Source: Amoebophrya sp. A120 (taxonomy: Eukaryota > Protista > Dinoflagellata). From it: a DNA stretch of 64,000 nucleotides. Positions 49,801 to 63,055 of the stretch are shown piece after piece. Under the pieces are notes generated by a model that worked only from the letters and a program-made list of their open reading frames with translations, did not search any database and was not told the origin of the DNA. The stretch covers positions 1-64,000 of the forward strand of contig CAJINV010000035.1 of NCBI GenBank assembly GCA_905178155.1. Direction: 5' to 3'. Numbering within the stretch: the stretch's first letter is position 1; each line of letters opens with the position of its first letter. The translations under genes and the position numbers were made by a program.

Positions 49801-52800
49801 GTATTATCCATACCTGTTGGCTGGTCGCTCCAGCTCTCGGCCCGAAACTTGGATTGCCACTTGCCAATGCCCCTTTGAAAAATGGGTTGCTCGAATCATC
49901 ATCATCGTCGTCGTCGTCATCGGAGCAGCTTTTCGGACTACTGCATTGCCTTCTGCTGCACGAGGACAATTTGTCATCACAGTCGGAGTATCCACTGCAA
50001 GTACGTCTGGGTCTGGAAGATTCCCCGGTTTGTCATGCATATTTTGCATGGTCCATGATGCCTGTAATGCGTGGCCTTGAATCACAGATCGTTCGAGGGC
50101 TTTCTGATACCTATTCCGCATGAGAAATGCCCTCTCCGCATAGCGCAAACTGGACTTCTCTTTCTGTTCATGCAATAGAGATTTTTTTGAATCCAAACAC
50201 AGCATGACAAGTTTTCATCCTTCCAGACCCAGACATATTTGCAATGCATACGGACGAGGCGATACTCTTGTGACTCCGGTAGGAGTATTCCTCGTCGTGA
50301 CTGTAGCTGTCTTCGTCGTCGTGCAGCGAGCTGCTGGAACGACCACCGCCTTCTCCACCCAGTCCGCTTGCTAGTTCGCTACCTTGTTGCGACGATGGTG
50401 CAGCTGATAAGCTTGTTTCTTGCGGAGCAGCACTTCCAAGTAAACGACGATCTTCGCTATTACGTCGACCGGTGGTGCAAACATCGTGGGGCCCGTGCTG
50501 TAGCTGTGGCGCCGCCACGGCAGGAGCTCTGTCGCCGCCGTCGCCTCGCATTCTCTCAGACAGGTGGTCCGCTACAGCTCTTGGCCGCGCCACGGAGATG
50601 GACGACGTAGAATTATCAGAAGGCTGGACAGGTGCAAAGATCTCTTCGACGGACCTCCGCTCTGGTACACCAAGCAAAGATATCAAATGCAAAAATGTCT
50701 GGGTCTGGAAGAATGCGCGATCTGTCATGCAGCTTCTCCATGACCCTGACCCATGAGGTCTGGAATGCAGGACCTAGCATGACAGATTCTGCGTGATCTC
50801 TCTCATGCCTATCCTGCATGAGAAACTCCCTCCCGACGTGGTCAAAACTGAACGACTTCTGGTAATCTTCATGCAACACAGATTTCTGCATGCTTCAGAT
50901 TTAGCATGACAAGTTGCATTCTTCCAGACCCAGAGCCAGACATTTTTACATTTGATAAAAGACAAAGCCGCCTTAATGTTGTCTGCCTCCCGCCAGCCGG
51001 AGTTGCCGCCGCAGGAGACGACACATGTCTGGATCGTGCAGCGGCTGCGGCGGCCATCCAAGTACTATGAATTGCAAAAGCTAAAGCATCGTACTCGTAT
51101 AAATGCATATACAAATTTCCTCAGCATGAAAACTGGAATTTGTCATGCTGTTTTACCTTGAGGACAAGATTTGTAAATGCATAAAAGCGATTACGATTAG
51201 TACGAGTGCGATACTTTTGCACAGGATACTTTCAGGCGCATCTTGATGTGGATGTTGTCCGGGGCGAGAAGATTTTCATCGTCGTCGCCCTCGTCTCATC
51301 AAATGCAAAAATGTCTGGGTCTGGATGGGTGCAACTTGTGATGCTGCATTTGGATACCACAAAAACCTGCGTTGCATGAACAGCAAAAGAGGTCCAGTTT
51401 TTGCCTCGGCGAGAGGGCATTTCTCATGCGGTACTATAGGCATCAGGAAGCCCTCACAAAATCTGTGATGCTACGGCATGCATCACAGACGTCAGGAGCC
51501 ATGCAAACTGTGCATGACAAACCTTGGATCCGTCCAGACCTCCCAGACATTTTTGCATTTGATACCTCGTCTGCGGCGCGTCTGAAATGGAGCATCACGG
51601 TGTCCCCGCCAATAACTTCACGCCGGGCCCCTCGCAAGAAGACCGTCCGGTTTCCGACGTCGCATTTGATGTCCTGAATGGATGGCGGGTAATGGATGGT
51701 GGGCATGGCGCTGCCAAGGAAGCCAATGCTCAAGTCCGAAGTAGGCTCGCCATCCGCGCTTTTGCAATACCCCATCGGGGCTGCACACAAGCGCACCCAG
51801 TTTAGTTTCGTCTCATCGTCCGCGCCTGCGCCGGGCGGGAAGCAGTCCGATACGCTGATGCGGAGGCCCGCCGCCAGACTCGGCTGCGTCTGGAGCAACA
51901 AGGTGATCAGCTCGACGGGTCGGTGTGTGTTGTTATTGTTCCCGCAGAACCTCATCTCGGGTCGCAAAACGGCATTCACATCTCCTGTCTGGAAAAGCCG
52001 CAAAAGTGCGTCGCGAGGGATTAACGGAAAGAAAACCGCGGCGGTGTCCAACACGAGGTCCTCGTCGTCACCTTCGTCCACCGAAAGCCGGAAGTCACGG
52101 TCCTCTGGGAAAAGGTCAACCTATGCAGCATTGCAAACACAGAAGACATAAAAATTTAGGCCTGAAATAATTTGTGATGGCGAACAGCTACCTTGTGTGC
52201 ATCACAAGGTAGCTGCTCGTACGGCATGGAATCATCAGACGTTGTTGTTTGCGTCGAGACTTTTAAGTTATGTATGCAGATTTATCGTCATGACGAGTCA
52301 TACCTGATAAAACGCATGACAAGAAATAACTGGCTTGTTCAACGAGCACCAGTGAGCCAAAAAAAGTGGCGACTCGTATTCATGCATGCCAGCATCACAG
52401 ATCTACTTAATGTCCTGCTCCCGATCTTGCAGTAGAAATCCAGAAAGAGACGACCACACAGCACGTCATCGATATCGTACGAAAAAAGTGTTTCTCTGCA
52501 AGGATTTTGTAAGTTTTGCATCACAAGTTTGTTCTACATCACAGAGAAAATTTGCCATGCGAGATTCCCAAGGGAAAACACAGCTAAAAATCAAGTGTCT
52601 TGCATGTGTAGCAAGGCAAACACTTCTCAGATACAGTTTCTGCATTACAAGTTTACAGTGAAACAGTTTTTTCTTGCGATAGACGATGTTTACAATGCGT
52701 AGAAGCAGTTGCTTGACAGCCTTGTCCAGTTCCGGCGAAATTGGCCAGCTCGTTTCCGCATGCATCGCAAACGTGCCTGGGTCTGGAAACTGGAAACTTG

Positions 52801-55800
52801 TAATGCTGAGTGGCATGGTACTAGCACGAAGAGTCCACAAGTAATTATGGCCCAGCATAGCAAGTTTCTGAGCTACTTCTAAGTGTTGCCTATTCTCCTG
52901 CATGACAAGCAGCGTTTCTCCTTCTGCATCATAGAAAAATGGGGCTTGCGTGTATACGTGCATGACAGACTTGAGAGTCTTACTGGCCCCAGCATGACAA
53001 ACCTCGCACTTTTCATTTTCCAAACCCAAACATATTTGCATTTGGTATATCTCTATGAACTGCAAAAGTATCGTACTAGTATAATTTGCAATACAAATTT
53101 CCTCAGCATGAGAAAAAAAATTGTCATGCGGATCTACCTTAACAATAGAATTTGTAATGCATAAATGCGATTAGTACTAGTACGATACTTTTGCACAGGA
53201 TAATCTCGCCCAGCGCCAGTACCGGCCGCAGTCCCGATATTACAGTGAAAAGTGCCCCCCACCCCAAAAGTTGCAAAAGTTTGTGATGCGAGGTTTCCAA
53301 ATGAAAACTTTTTGTCATGCATGAAAGGAATATGAATCTTTCTGATGCAGATTCTAGTGGTGTTTCGCATCGCTTGCACGACAAGCATCGCTCTTGCTGG
53401 GATCTTTTGCAATACAGATTTTTGCTATTAACGATCGGAAATCTGTGATGCTGATACATGCAAGAGGGCGAATGTTTCATTTCTTGGAAAGGGCATTTTT
53501 CATTGCAATACCCGAGGGGATCGGTTCGATAGCCGCGACGGCAGCAGCGAGTGTGGCTTCCAATCGGAAAAAAACGTTGAGGGTTTCTTGAAAACCGTCG
53601 ATGTGAATAACGATCCCAGTTACTGTGGCAGCCGGGTTTGTGGTCAGTCTCTGGTCGAAGAAGTCGGTGTAGTGTTTTAAGTTGCCGCTATGAAAATGCA
53701 CGACTTGATGTTCCCCCCGCCCGCATTCGCACTGGGATGAAAAGCAAATAGAATATCGTCGATAGCAGGTCAGTTCGCATGCAGCTTTTGCATGACATCA
53801 AAAAAACGCGACCACGGAGCGGGGATCATATCATAAGGCCATACAAACAGTTACACCAGTTCCAACGTGCAAAGAGTTTGAATCAATCTGGTGCTCTTTC
53901 GCATGACAAGTGAAGGGGAAGACGCGACGTTGTGCATTGAGATACTCGGGGCAGTGCAGACACTGTGTGTCCAATTCCCAATCATGCGTCTTTACTTCGA
54001 CCGGGCCCGTGGTTAAATCGCGGGAGCTGTAAAAGAACTGCCGTGCCAGCCAGGCGCGCACGGAATCAGGGACGTCCTTCTCGTGGGCCCTGACGCTGAT
54101 GTGCACCTGTACAGTGCACAGTGTTTTGTCGCCTATCGTCGACTATCAAATGTAAAAATGTCTGGGTCTGGAATGTTACCGGGTTTGTCATGCATATTTT
54201 GCACGACCCAGGATGTCTGTAATGCACAACCTAGCATGACAGATTTTCAAAGGGCTTCCTGATGCCTACTCCGCATGACAAACGCCCTCCCCGCGCAGCA
54301 CAAACTAGACTCCTCTTGCTGGTCACGCGATACAGATTTTTTTACTTTTAGAGTCCAAAGTTAGCATGACAAGTTCCAACCTTCCAGACCCAGACATTTT
54401 TGCATTTGATATCACCTGGCTTTCGTAGCACAGCTGAAGCCCCAACTGCAAGTCGAGCACCTTCAGTGTCAACTAGGAAAGTATGTCGGGTGTTCCGGAA
54501 GAACGCATAGATTCGTCATGCTCATGCTTGGGTGACATGAGAAGAACAAGGTCTGTCATGCCTATGGCGGAGGTACAGCCACTTATGTTTGTCAATGCAA
54601 AAAAGCAATTTTCCGTCCGGTTTGCGAAATAATATGGCACGTAAGAAAAAAAAAATTAATCTTGTCACGTACTATGTGGGATAGTAGAGGTGGCTGCCTA
54701 CTATACAACTCTTCATGCGCAGTCTCTGGTACAGCAATCTTTCCAGACCCAGACATCTCATACAAATGATATTCAGGCCCGTGTATCGAAAGGGGTTCAA
54801 AAAACCAGGCTTGGTGAAGACGAACAGCCTATCAACTGTAAAAGTGTCCGGGTCTGGAAGATTCTGAGACTTGTCATGCACGTGTTGCATGAGCCATGAT
54901 GTCTGTGATGCATGCCCTGGCATCAAGGGCTTTCTGACGGATTCTTGATGCCTATTCCGCATGACAAATGCCCTCCCCGCGTAGCAAGAACAACTAGAAT
55001 CCTTTTGCTGCTCATGCAACACAAATTTTTTAGGCATCCAAATGCAGCATAACAAGTTGCATTCTTCCAGACCCAGACATTTTTGCATTCGATACAGCCG
55101 TTGGCCGAAGACGTGGGAGGAAAAGTCCACCGGGACAGCGCAACGAACCTGGATGCACTCAGTGTTATCCCCAATCTCGTAAGACAGCACCTGCGGTCGC
55201 CACTCCGCTTTCGTCTCCGTGTCGAAGATGTGCAATCCCAAAACCGGGTCCGTGTGCAGCAGCAGTTCCTTCTGTGTGTAGACCCGTGGTTCCGGCAAAA
55301 ACTCGTAATATCAAGTGCAAAAGTGTCTGGGTCTGGAAAAGTGGAACTTGTCATGCTAAATCTGAATCATGTAAGAATCTGTGGTGCATGATTACCAAAA
55401 GCTATCCACAGGCATGATAGAACTCTCAGAGAACAATCTGTCATCATGCTATGTCCTACATACCAGACCTCTTGGGTCATGGAAAACCTGTATGACAAGG
55501 CTGGCAATCTTCCAGACCCAGACATTTTTCCAGTCGATACGTAAATCTGCCGCTCGATTTCCTCCGGCACCGCGAGTACGACGGGGTAGTAAGCCGCCCC
55601 GAACTGCCTGCGCATCTGGTTCTATGCATCGCAAATATGTAATCTGGGTCTGGAAACCTGTGATGCTGAGTTGCGGAAAACTTGCATTTGTAGTTACGCA
55701 TGACAAGTGTTCACAGCTGCGCTCTCTGAAGCGGAGTACGCATGACAAATCGCCTTTTTGGATGACAAATGAGGCTGCCCTTTTGCTCGTCATGCAATAC

Positions 55801-55942
55801 AGATTCTACAGCCTCATGCAAGACACGCAATACAAGTTGGACTCTTCCGGATCCACACATATTTGCATTTGATAGTTTCTGCCTTTTCTCGAAACACGCC
55901 GCCGCGGTTTTTACCAATAAGGTGTTCAACTTCTTCTTCGCG
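46899..55942 (-). CDS. Multi-exon unknown protein(s), including a CUE/UBA-like segment; 5' part cut off by the 56069 insertion
   Basis: Eight consecutive +5 joins from 55942 to 52435 stay in frame (RQK|QMRR..IY|EFLPE..RL|FVF..L|KVL..V|TIG..PE|NLKH). KIGMLVEIFQEQDISAEDAEQALEEHRWELQRAVDTI (about 47820-47925) resembles CUE. May be more than one gene. Confidence 0.5.
47211..47413. mobile_element. IR introner, family A
   Basis: TSD acgat/acgac; join VV|STQQ. Confidence 0.82.
48479..48775. mobile_element. IR introner, family F
   Basis: TATCCTGAGCAAAAACGTCCCC...GGGAACGTTTTTACACAGGATA. Confidence 0.8.
49989..50250. mobile_element. IR introner, family A
   Basis: Family A TIR; TSD cggag/cggac. Confidence 0.88.
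50681..50957. mobile_element. IR introner, family A
   Basis: Family A TIR; perfect TSD aaaga. Confidence 0.93.
51066..51564. mobile_element. Family B (51066-51228) and family A (about 51297-51564) introners
   Basis: Family-typical TIRs; TSDs decayed. Confidence 0.8.
52473..53510. mobile_element. Dense introner cluster: H 52473-52681, A 52759-53047, B 53054-53202, D 53238-53510
   Basis: Perfect TSDs atctc (B) and cccga (D); only 6 nt between A and B. Confidence 0.85.
54144..55874. mobile_element. Five family A introners: 54144-54411, 54467-54771, 54830-55094, 55309-55539, 55623-55874
   Basis: Family A TIRs; perfect TSDs ttcag, cagcc, cgtaa; ggttc/gtttc. Confidence 0.9.
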
Positions 55943-56068
55943 TATGCATTGCAAAAGTTAAAGTATCGCACTCGTATAAAAAATGCATTACAAATTTTGT
56001 CAGGATGAGAAATAAAATTTGTGATGCGGATTTGCCTTAACAAAAAGATTTGTAATGCATGATTGCAA
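55943..56068. mobile_element. Family B introner lacking its right TIR (interrupted)
   Basis: Follows the B consensus to ...TTTGTAATGCATGATTGCAA; the expected TACGAGT..GATACTTTTGCACAGGATA is absent. Confidence 0.85.
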
Positions 56069-56999
56069 TATCGAAGAAAAAAACACCATCACAATCACAA
56101 AACTCAAATTTTCAAAATTTTTGACCATCAAAATTAAAACTTCGCTGGACTTTCGCGGCACTCCCGAACCTGTTGTATCTGGTTTTGAATGTTGAGTTTT
56201 GCAGCAGATGATTTATGATATTGGCTATTGGCGGTAAGCTAGCTAGTTAAGAAGAGAGATTTCTGAAGACAATCGCTCAGCTTCCAGCAGACGAACAGTG
56301 GTAGATGGGGTTGTCGCCCTCTGGCCCCACCTCGTAAGTCAAAACGTCGATTTCGGACATCCACAGCTCGAGCTCGCAAAACGTCTAAGTAGGGTATCCA
56401 CTGCTCCGGCTCCGGCCCATAGATCTAGACTCTAAATCCCAAGGCCCGAGCAGCCAGATCGACAAACGATGCATGCGTTCCGGGCTCTAGGCCCCAGCGA
56501 TCAGAACCAAGCTCTCACAGCCAAGCCAGCAGATGGCTTGGAGATCTAGAATATTCGCGGTCACCAAATTTGTCATGCAGATCTCAAATGCGTTCCACTT
56601 CTACCGCGTTCCACGGTTCCTCATATTTGTCATGCGCCGATTGCGTTGCGACCCAAACCAAAATGCTTCATTTCCAAACCACCTCCAGGGCTTATCTAAT
56701 TTCAGCGTTGTCGCAGACATCAGCTTTCCACTTTCGTACTTTTGCTCGGTCGTAGCATCAGTCTTCTCGATTCACCGTAATCGCTTTGAACTTCCACCTT
56801 TATCATCTCCACCGCAACGGTAACTTCGTCGGATTCCTCGACATATGCATTTGAAAATTCCAGTTTTCCCAAGTTTGTCATGCATTTTTAGCATGACAGA
56901 TATTTTGCAGACGTAGATTTATGCATGACAAACTGGTTGGGAATGACTGGAGTTTTCATCTTCATAGGGCTCGACTTTCCGCTCTCGAAGACAAGCAAG

Positions 57000-59483
57000 A
57001 TGTCTGGACGCCAGGAGATCACTCTCAACGCCAAAACCACGGGGAACTACGGCCCTTTGACCGCCCCCGAGAAGAAAAAAGAGGCGGCCCGCCTGGCTGT
57101 GTGCTTGAAGATCATCTTGTCGCACTTGAAACCGGCCGACATGCTGGACTTGATCAAGCACTTGCAGGATGCCTATGACGAGTCCCAGAAGAAGCCCGAA
57201 GAAAAGTTGGGCGGCCAGGTGTTCAGTGGAACCAATTTCAAAGGTACTACTTTGCTGTTGTATGATGCGCTTGTGCTGTTTTTGTAGGGTCGGTTTATAA
57301 TTTTCTTCATTTTTTCCCGTCCGACATGAACTCATATCTTGATAAGAGACTGTCATGCGAAAATGAAACCAAAAATATATCTTCACAGAGGGGTGGAAGT
57401 CGATACCCATCAAATTCCTGCAAAAATGGACGGCGCTGGTTTTTGAGTGCGAGGTCCAGGACGTGCAACGCGTCCTGAAAGAGGCCGAGCAGGCGTGGGC
57501 CCTCTTTCAGACCATGGGAATTACCGACATTCACGTACTTTATCTTGTTTTTTTCAAATCTGTCATGCATATGTGTAGTTTTTTGCATCACAAATTCATC
57601 ACTTGTGTTGTGCTCCAGAACTTCAGCTTTGGTGCTGATCCCGAGCCACCTCCTCATAACAAAAAACAGCCGCCGACCGGAGGCGAATCGGCCGCTACGG
57701 AGAAGTCCTGCGTGGGTGAACTGCGCTGGTGGAAGCAGAACCGCCCGAAAAAGTTCCGCAAAGCGGCCAAAGAGTTGCGCCGCTTGATGCGCGGCGACCA
57801 CGAACCGTCGGAATCCGGTAGCAGCGACAGTGACCACGATTCGGCTTTCGGAGGCGAAAAAAACCGCGATGCCAGCACCGATACCTCTGGTTCCAGTTCT
57901 TGCGGAAAAGGTCGCCGCGGTGGGAAGAAAAATGCCAAGAACAAGAAGATGAAAAAGGAGAAAGCTAAGCCGAAGGTACTTTTGTTTGTCAGATAAGTCG
58001 GTGCAAATTTACACACAACACAAAGCTTCGCCAGCCTATTCATTCATGCGCAATACAGACATCTGAAAAGTTATATCATGACTGACCAATCCAAAAACTA
58101 AAACAGGGCTCGATTTTGGCGCTGGCCAACAAGCCGAAGTCCATGTTGTTGAACTTCCGCGACAGCTCCAGTGCGGATCGCAAGCGTGGCCGCTCCAAGA
58201 ATGTGACCATCAAGCGCCGCCGCAAGCAGTCCTCTTCTTCCGCGCCATCCACCCCGCCCAAGCGGAAAAAGAACAAGCCCGTCCGCCAATTGACCCCGCA
58301 CCCCCGTTACATCGAGCAGCGTGCGGGTCTCCCCGGGTCTTCGAAAGACATCTTCGCCCCGAACCACAACTACTCGCTGCGCGACTACCGCAAGATGCGC
58401 TCGTCGGGGAAACCGAAGTCTGGGAAACCGAGTATGCTGCTCGCGGGGAAGGAGACTTCGAAGAACAAGCGGAACGTGTTGGAAAGCGTGGACGAGGAAG
58501 AGGAAGATGCCGACTCTATCGGCGACTCTGATTCCCACGCCGAAGATTCCATGGACAACTACTTCCGCCACAACCCCAACCTCGACAGTATGATCGATGA
58601 TGGGGAACTGGATGATCAGGAGTCGAAGTCGGGACTGCCTGCTACCCCGTTGTCGCCGGATTCTTCTCATGGTGCTTCGAAAAAGCGCGGCCGTGGCAAG
58701 GGGAAGGATGATAAGAAGCCGGCTGGGAAAGGTGCTGCTACCCGCACCAAGAAAAAATCGGCCGACAAGAAGGACGATAAGAAGGAGGCTCCGAAGCCGA
58801 CGGTGAAGGTCCCGGGTACCGATGGGCGCCCGTCGCGTGGTAGCGCTTTGTCGGACAAAGCCAAATCCCTGCGTGCGAAGCGTGAAAAAGCGACGAAGAA
58901 GGCGACTGCCTCGCAGGCTTCCGGCCGTGGTACCCAGTCCTCCCAGAAGTGTATCTACTTGAAAACGGCCTCGCTGCAGCATTTGTTTCCAGGTTTCTGA
59001 ACGACAAGGTTGTTCATTTTATGGAGAAGTTGATTTCTCTAAAACGAAAAACGCATGACAGGTTCAGCCTCCTGGAAATTTCTGCAGCGGAGGCTCGTTT
59101 TCAATTGCATAAACGCCGCTCCGAAAACCCCGGAGTCGAAGGCGCGCACTCCGCGCGGCAAGACTCCTGTCGCGACTCCGGGATCCGAAAAGAAGACGAA
59201 GATGTTGCCGCCGAAGCTGCCCTCGCCGAAACAGGATAAGTCCACCCCCATGAAGACGAAGTTGGCCAGCACTCCGGGCAGCTCGGGGAAGAAAAAGAAC
59301 GACGACAAGACTGCTGCGTCGCAGAAGGACCCGCCCCCGTCGGAGAAGAAAAACGACAAGCACTATTCGCCGAAGCCCAAGACGGGGCCTCCGGCTAGCA
59401 GCAGCAAATCCACGAAGGGTGAGGTCAAGGAGGAACAGAATACCTCGAAAAAGGACGAGGTGAAGAAGGACAAAACGCAGTAG
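57000..59483 (+). CDS. Unknown Lys/Ser-rich basic protein; GT-AG introns 57244-57388, 57535-57618, 57976-58106 and one near 58950-59090
   Basis: MSGRQEITLN..NFK|EGWKSIP..DIH|NFSFG..KPK|GSILAL.. stays in frame through GTACT...CAG introns; GC3-rich exons. Confidence 0.65.
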
Positions 59484-60503
59484 GTGCTGCTGGTGCAGGC
59501 CGAATCAACATCGTCAAAACTGCGGCGTTGCAGTTTTTCACAGTTCTATTTCGTCGCGGGCCGACAAGAGCAAACCGATTTTTCGTAGAAATAAAAGCTC
59601 ATCGGAGGTGCCTACATCCTCCCATCAGCAACTACACTCGAAACCGGTGCCGATATCCGGACCAGTGCAGCGGGACACTGATATCAAAACCTGTCTTCAT
59701 ACGTCACGCGGTCCTGCATGACAAACTTCAAACAACAAATGATAGAAAGGAATAAAAACAACGTCCGATTTAGCAGCACCATCACCAGCAATAATTTCGA
59801 ATATCCGGCTAAAACAACTTCGGCTGCGGCAGTAGTAGTTCCCGCATATTCATCAACTGATATCTTCACCTCCACCGCGTTCGGTCTCGGCGACACTGAT
59901 CTCCCAGTCCTTATGGATTTGAAAAATTCTACCCCACTTTAGTGAAAGGCTAAAGCGCAAGATCGGAATCTGTCACGCGTGACAAGATGATATCTCGTTA
60001 CGATTTCACAGCGACAGGAATTCGTCATGCATTTTGTAAAGTGTCACGCGTGTGAGGATGAGGCATCTTGCAATTGTGCCTTTCGCTAAGGTGGGGGCAT
60101 CGTTTTCATTTCCATCTGCGGCCCACGGTGTCGAATCAAACGTACTTTCAGGGAAAGAACTACATTTATTTGAGTCGATGTCATCGACGATTTCTACTCC
60201 TCGACTGAGGAGAAAGTGAACACTTTCACCGCGTATGGAGCTTGCTCCTTTTGAATACATTGCTGAGATAAAATGCGAAGCTTTTCGAGCTTCACAAAAA
60301 ACTTTATTTTTTAACTGTTAAACGGACGGATGGAACCCAATAAAGCTGTGCCCTTCTCATGTTTGCCGACAGGCTACGTGCCCGCTACCGCTTCTTCTTC
60401 TTTCGTGTTCCTCAACCTCCTCCTTCCGAAATGAAAAGCTCCTTCCACCGAAGCTCTATGGTTCCGCGAAATCAAAGTAACGCGATCACCGCCCGGATCA
60501 CCA

Positions 60504-62718
60504 ATGGCTTTGCCGTCGATCAACGTTCTCGTCGCCTACAGCCACGACCGCAGCAGATCCCAAATTTCTGCTCATCGCTCGGCCCTGCGGTGCCTCGTTC
60601 TTCCACCAATGCGCTCCATCCAACAACAATTCTTTTTTCAATTTTCTCCCCGGTTCTGCTGCTTCTCAGCGAGTTCGGACGACAAGGCTCCACGGAAATT
60701 AAAACGCAGGTCTTTCGTTCTCCACCCGATCTTGATTGCGACTGCGAAAAGTTCTTTCCGATGCATGCACTTTGAGCCATCTTCTAACAGGGCCTTCGTT
60801 TTTGCACTTCGTGTGAAAACAGGATTGGAATTCCACTTGATTGCAAACTAGAACTTCTAGGTTTTGTAGCTTCTAAATCTACGTAGCGACTCAGATTCAA
60901 ATATAGTTTTTGTGCGGGTTTGCGCTCCGCGCTTTCTCGATAGCGACATAATTTGAAGATGGTGCAGGTGTATCCGATGTCAAACGCCCCTCGAAAGTTG
61001 TTTGCTGTGCCATGCACAGCCTTCATTTGTCATGCACGGAGTGCATGACTGCATATCAAACGACTCTCGTGGGGCCAGTTTGCCATAGGATATACAGAGC
61101 AAGAAACTGTACGAGAGCGGCACGCTGATGCTGTGCCGCATGCTCAGCGACACGTGCGTTGGCAACTGGAAGCGCCAGCGTGGAGCCTTGGCTCCGAAGT
61201 GGTCCCAGTGGCGCCTGGAGCTCGAGCAGTCCGAGATGTACGGCACGGCGGAGGACCTGGACATGGAGAACGGCACCTGCAAGACCAATATGGGACTGGA
61301 GATGGTGCTTGTTTTTCTTTTCAACCTTTTCCTCTACTTTTTCGTGGGGCAAGCTGCAAGAGCTGCATCTTCAACATGGCGAAGTGCTTTCGAGGCATTT
61401 GCCCGAGGGCATTTTCGCATGACAAATTTAGAGCACGCTGCAAGACGGCGCCCCTACATGCATGACAAATTGGGTAGTTGCGGTCGAACATCATTTGCGC
61501 ATCACAAACTCGAAACTGATGAGAAGAAAAACGTATTTTCGCAATACAAATTTAAATTCTTTCAGGCCTTGTTCCTGTTGTGGATGAAGGGGCGCGGGTA
61601 CAGCGACCAGGTGAAGGCGTGGCTGGCCACTGTCCGCTATAAGCCGCAGGACCTCAACGACTCCGACAGGCTGCAGCTGATCGCCACAGCTTTGGAGAAG
61701 GCGCACTGCGAGTCCGAGGTGTCCGCACGCCTGCAGCTGGTAAATCGTATCCACCTTCTTTTGTCGCATTAGGTCGCGCTACTTCCGCTTTTCCAAAATA
61801 GATATGATAGCCACGCCTCGAGCTGCATGATTTCCACTTCTTTCCCGCAATACAGATTCTCCTCAAGACCCAAAAAAATCAACACAGACCAATCTGCTGC
61901 GGGGGACGCTCGACTTGATCATCTTCATGTACAACCTGCTTGGCGTTGTCCACTTCGAGTACCCCGGCGAGTCCACCCAACTGAGTGACCAAGTGTGGCA
62001 GAAAACGATCAACATTCAGACCGATGAGAGTACAAAAGGGCAGGAGAAAAAAGCCTCCTTTGCGGTATAGAGTTTAGATTTCTTTTGGTTGATTCTCGCA
62101 TGACAAATTGCATCAGTCGTTGTTTCCTTGGATCTGTGCATTACAGAGCTTCGCCTTGTACGATTTACGCATTACAAACTCAGGCTTACTTGAGCTTCAT
62201 GATCAACCCCGTCCGGAAGTTTGTCACCTACTTCTTCCCGCTGATCTTGCAGCGCCCGAGCCAACGGCTTCCGGGAGGGAAAAACCCCGTGCACTCCGCC
62301 GCGCAGGGCAAGGCCGTCGACTTGTTCCGGCTTGTCCACTGGCTCGGGGGGCCGGCCTTGGTGCGAAAACTGGTCGGACCGTTTTACAGTGGCTGGCGCC
62401 ACTGTTTGATCATAGATAGCGATCAAGAAGAATCACAAGTACGCTCTGGACAAGGACTCGGCTACGTGATCAACTGTGTCACGCGCCTCGGCATCCATCA
62501 TCGACTTTCAAATATATGCAACCGCGTGTGCCTTGCCATCGCGCGGGTCCGATTCTGTTTACGAGATTTCCTCCGCGGCCAATACGCACGCAACAGCCTC
62601 CGCGGCGCCTACGAGGCTGCGAGGCAGCGCCTGCTGCAGAAGTGCGACGAGGAGAACTTGTGCATCGTGAAGGTCGAGCGGCAGACCGGGAAGACGACGA
62701 AAAAGGCGCTACAAGAAA
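60504..62718 (+). CDS. Unknown protein with GT-AG introns (61305-61565, 61740-61855, 62065-62183); apparent 1-nt frameshift at the A7 run 61872-61878; ends approximate
   Basis: Exons ..GLEM|ALFLLW..LQL|ILLKT..TNLLRGTLDL..SFA|AYLSFM..; no recognised domain. Confidence 0.5.
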
Positions 62719-63055
62719 GTACTTCGATTTTGTTTCTCTTAACGTTCGGTAGTGCATGCAAGTGGTTTATGTTGATTTCAGGTTTTGGGCTCAATACAAG
62801 TCGGCTTTTTATTTTGAAATGGCCATCACAGCGCCCTGAAACAAGATGGCGGAAGCTCGTGGCCAGCGGCCCGGTAGCCAAACTTGCCCCAAGTCGAAAG
62901 CCGGAACCTTCGGCTTTCGATTTTTTCAAAAGTGAGCGCTTTGATTCTTGGTCGCACAGATCACAAAGAGAAAAAGTGCTCAAAAAGTGAGTTCGAAAAG
63001 GGACAAAAAGTGCAAAAAAAGCCATGGCTTTTTTTCATTTTTTTGTGGAAAATCA

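Noticed and set aside
62570-62620. RNSLRGAY as a tyrosine recombinase HxLR box
   Set aside because: His is absent and the other catalytic residues cannot be placed; needs a profile or structure search.
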